64,000 nt of DNA from Hypanus sabinus (taxonomy: Eukaryota): NCBI RefSeq assembly GCF_030144855.1, contig NC_082710.1, forward strand, positions 170,686,001 to 170,750,000, given 5' to 3'. Below the pieces are notes generated by a model that was not told where the DNA came from, made no database searches, and saw only the letters and a list, made by a program, of their open reading frames with translations. The position numbers were made by a program, and so were the translations under genes. Of this stretch, positions 61,669-64,000 are shown one piece after another. Each line of letters begins with the position of its first letter. Positions within the stretch are counted from its first letter, which is position 1.

Positions 61669-63619
61669 TAAATTAGATTTATAAAGGCCTTTATGATTTT
61701 TAGTAATAATAATACCTAAATATTTAAAAGAGTCTGTAACTCTAAAAGGAATGTCATCATATATAGAAGCAGAATCATTTAGGGGAAATAATTCACTTTT
61801 ATGAAGGTTTAGTTTATATCCTGAAAACTTTCCAAATTTGTTTAATAGTTTCAATAAGCTAGGAATGGATTCTTCAGGATTCGAAATATAAACTAAGAGC
61901 TCATCAGCATAAAGAGAGATCTTATGAATAGTCCCATTTATGAAAATTCCATGGATATCTTTAGCTTCACGAAGTGCAATAGCCAAGGGCTCCATCACCA
62001 AATTAAATAACAAGGGACTTAATGGACATCCTCATCTCGTACCCCATGAAAGCCAAAAAAAGGAGACCTGCAATTATTAGTAATAACAGTAGCAATAGGG
62101 ATTTTATATATCATTCTGATCCACTTATTAAAATTAATACCAAAGCTGAATTTCTCCAAAACATTAAATAAGTCTTTCCATTCAACTCTGTCAAATGCCT
62201 TTTCAGCATCGAGAGCACATTGGGGTGCCTTAGAAAAGGATGAATGTATAACATTTAACAGTCTCCAAAGAGAGAAAGAATAACGGCCCTTTACAAAACC
62301 TGTTTGGTCTTGGGAGATAATTTTGGCTAGAATATTTTCCATCCGATTAGCTACTATTTTTGAAAGAATTTTAGCATCCACATTTAATAATGCATAGGTC
62401 TCTGTGAAGCACATTCAGTAGGGTCTTTATCTTTCTTAAGAATTAAAGAAATAGAAGCTTCATAAAATGTGGGCAGTAAATCTCCTATCAAAAAAGAATC
62501 TTTAAACATTTCCAACGTATATGGAGAAAGCAATTTTTCAAATATCTTATAAAATCCTACAGAATAACCATCCAATCCAGGAGCTTAACCAGATTGCATT
62601 GAAAAAATGGCTTTCTGAATTTCGTTTTCAGTACAAGGAACATCAAGAGTTTGTTGATCTTCAGCAGAAATTAGAGGAAAATCGATCTTTTGTAAAAAAG
62701 TATTCATTTTAGATGAATCAACCGGAAACTGAGATTTGTAAAGTTCAAAGTAAAAGTCTTGAAAAATTTTATTAATGTCTTCATAATTACATGCTAAATT
62801 ACAATCTCTAGCTGCTTTTATTTGAGGTGCTAATAGCTTATTATTTTTATCTCCAAACACATAAAATTGGCTTCAATTTAAGCAAATTTCTTTCAATAGA
62901 ATAAGTTAATAATAAATAATATTGTGATTGGAGTTCAACTCTTTGTTTGAATAAATCAATGTTAGGAGAGATTGCATAAATATTATCCAAGTCTTTAATT
63001 TGTTTTGAAATCTTATCTGACTCTGTTTTTGTCTGTTTCTTAAGCTTAGCTAGATAGGAGATTATCTGACCGCGCAAATATACTTTCAATGTATCCCATA
63101 AAATCAATTTCGACGTATCTCCCGTATTATTAAACGGAAAAAAAATCTTTTATGTGAGTCTCAATAAATTTGACAAAATCCAAACTTTTCTGGAAAATTT
63201 TCTGGAAAATGCCAAGGCAAATTTGCAATAACAACATCATTCAATGCAAAAGCTAAACTTAAAGGTGCATGATCCGATAGTATCATATTCACATTTCTTG
63301 ACTTTGGACAGAAATTGGGGATCAGCTACGACTCTCGAATATTTTTTGTGAACATGTGAAAAAAAAGAATAATCTCTATCATTCGGATGTAAATGTATCC
63401 AAGTTTCAACCAGACCAAAATCAATTTTTTTCAACCAGACCAATTTCAACCAGACTAAAAGATTTTTAAAATCTTTTTTGTTAATTCTTATTAAAGAGCA
63501 ACAAAAATACATTAAGGTAATCAAGTCAATATGGCATTATGCACAATGAAGAATTAAATTAGCAAATAATTGATTAACAAAGCTAATCAATATAGCAATA
63601 ATAAGAAGCAGAAATAAAG

Positions 63620-64000
63620 TGCTAAGAATATTTTTTTTTAATAAATGGAACCCCTACTAACTAAAAGAAAAAAACCTACTAACTAAAAAATGGGAAAAAA
63701 AACCCCAATGGTAGCACAACCCCGGAGCTATACATCATACAAGCTTCCATAGAAGAAAAACATCAGTCCGCCAACTGAAATCCATTTAAACAAAACTCAG
63801 AAGGAAACCATATTAATTAACTCAAATCAGATGATAGTAGCAGGCAAATAAACCCCACCTTTTCTCAAAATCAAATCAAGGATCAAAAGTTCGACTTCTG
63901 ATTTTCTCCAAACTAAGACAGAGCATCACTTGAGAGAACCATTGTATCAAAGTAGGGGCAGAAGCATCTTTCCATTTTGACAAAATAGCCATTCTGAACA
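63620..64000 (-). mobile_element. 3' end of a second L1/Tx1 copy
   Basis: The minus strand reads RMAILSKWKDASAPTLIQW...LEKIR, an L1 ORF2 C-terminus, followed by a UTR ending near the T-run at about 63630. Confidence 0.7.

Larger units (their letters stand above)
59480..63560 (-). mobile_element. Degraded L1/Tx1-clade ORF2, interrupted by a gap and a solo LTR
   Basis: LWDTLKVYLRGQIISY, LLNVDAKILSKIVANR, ALDAEKAFDRVEW, ISLYADELLVY and AVKMMILPKLLYVFQ. Confidence 0.88.

Overview
Vertebrate genomic DNA, most likely from a cartilaginous fish. This is inferred from the CR1, L1/Tx1, Rex1-Babar, Penelope and Gypsy repeat mix and from the immune genes. Most of the window is decayed, nested retroelements. 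Between them lie two tandem + strand genes encoding single-exon, non-rearranging VJ-type Ig domains of the NKp30/NCR3 family. Gene 1 can be built by hand from its V exon (13357) to a stop (44951): V exon, an uncharged transmembrane exon, then 11 small cytoplasmic exons whose splice phases chain without an internal stop. The resulting tail is about 160 aa and carries YxxM, ITIM and hemITAM-like tyrosine motifs, plus what may be a disabled C-terminal ITSM. Its leader exon was not found. Gene 2 shows a leader exon (56094) and a divergent V exon (57487); its TM and tail exons were not found in the window. Two full LTR elements with target-site duplications sit in gene 1 introns. All exon calls are manual and lack transcript support. 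There are two assembly gaps (40784-40912 and 59923-60088).
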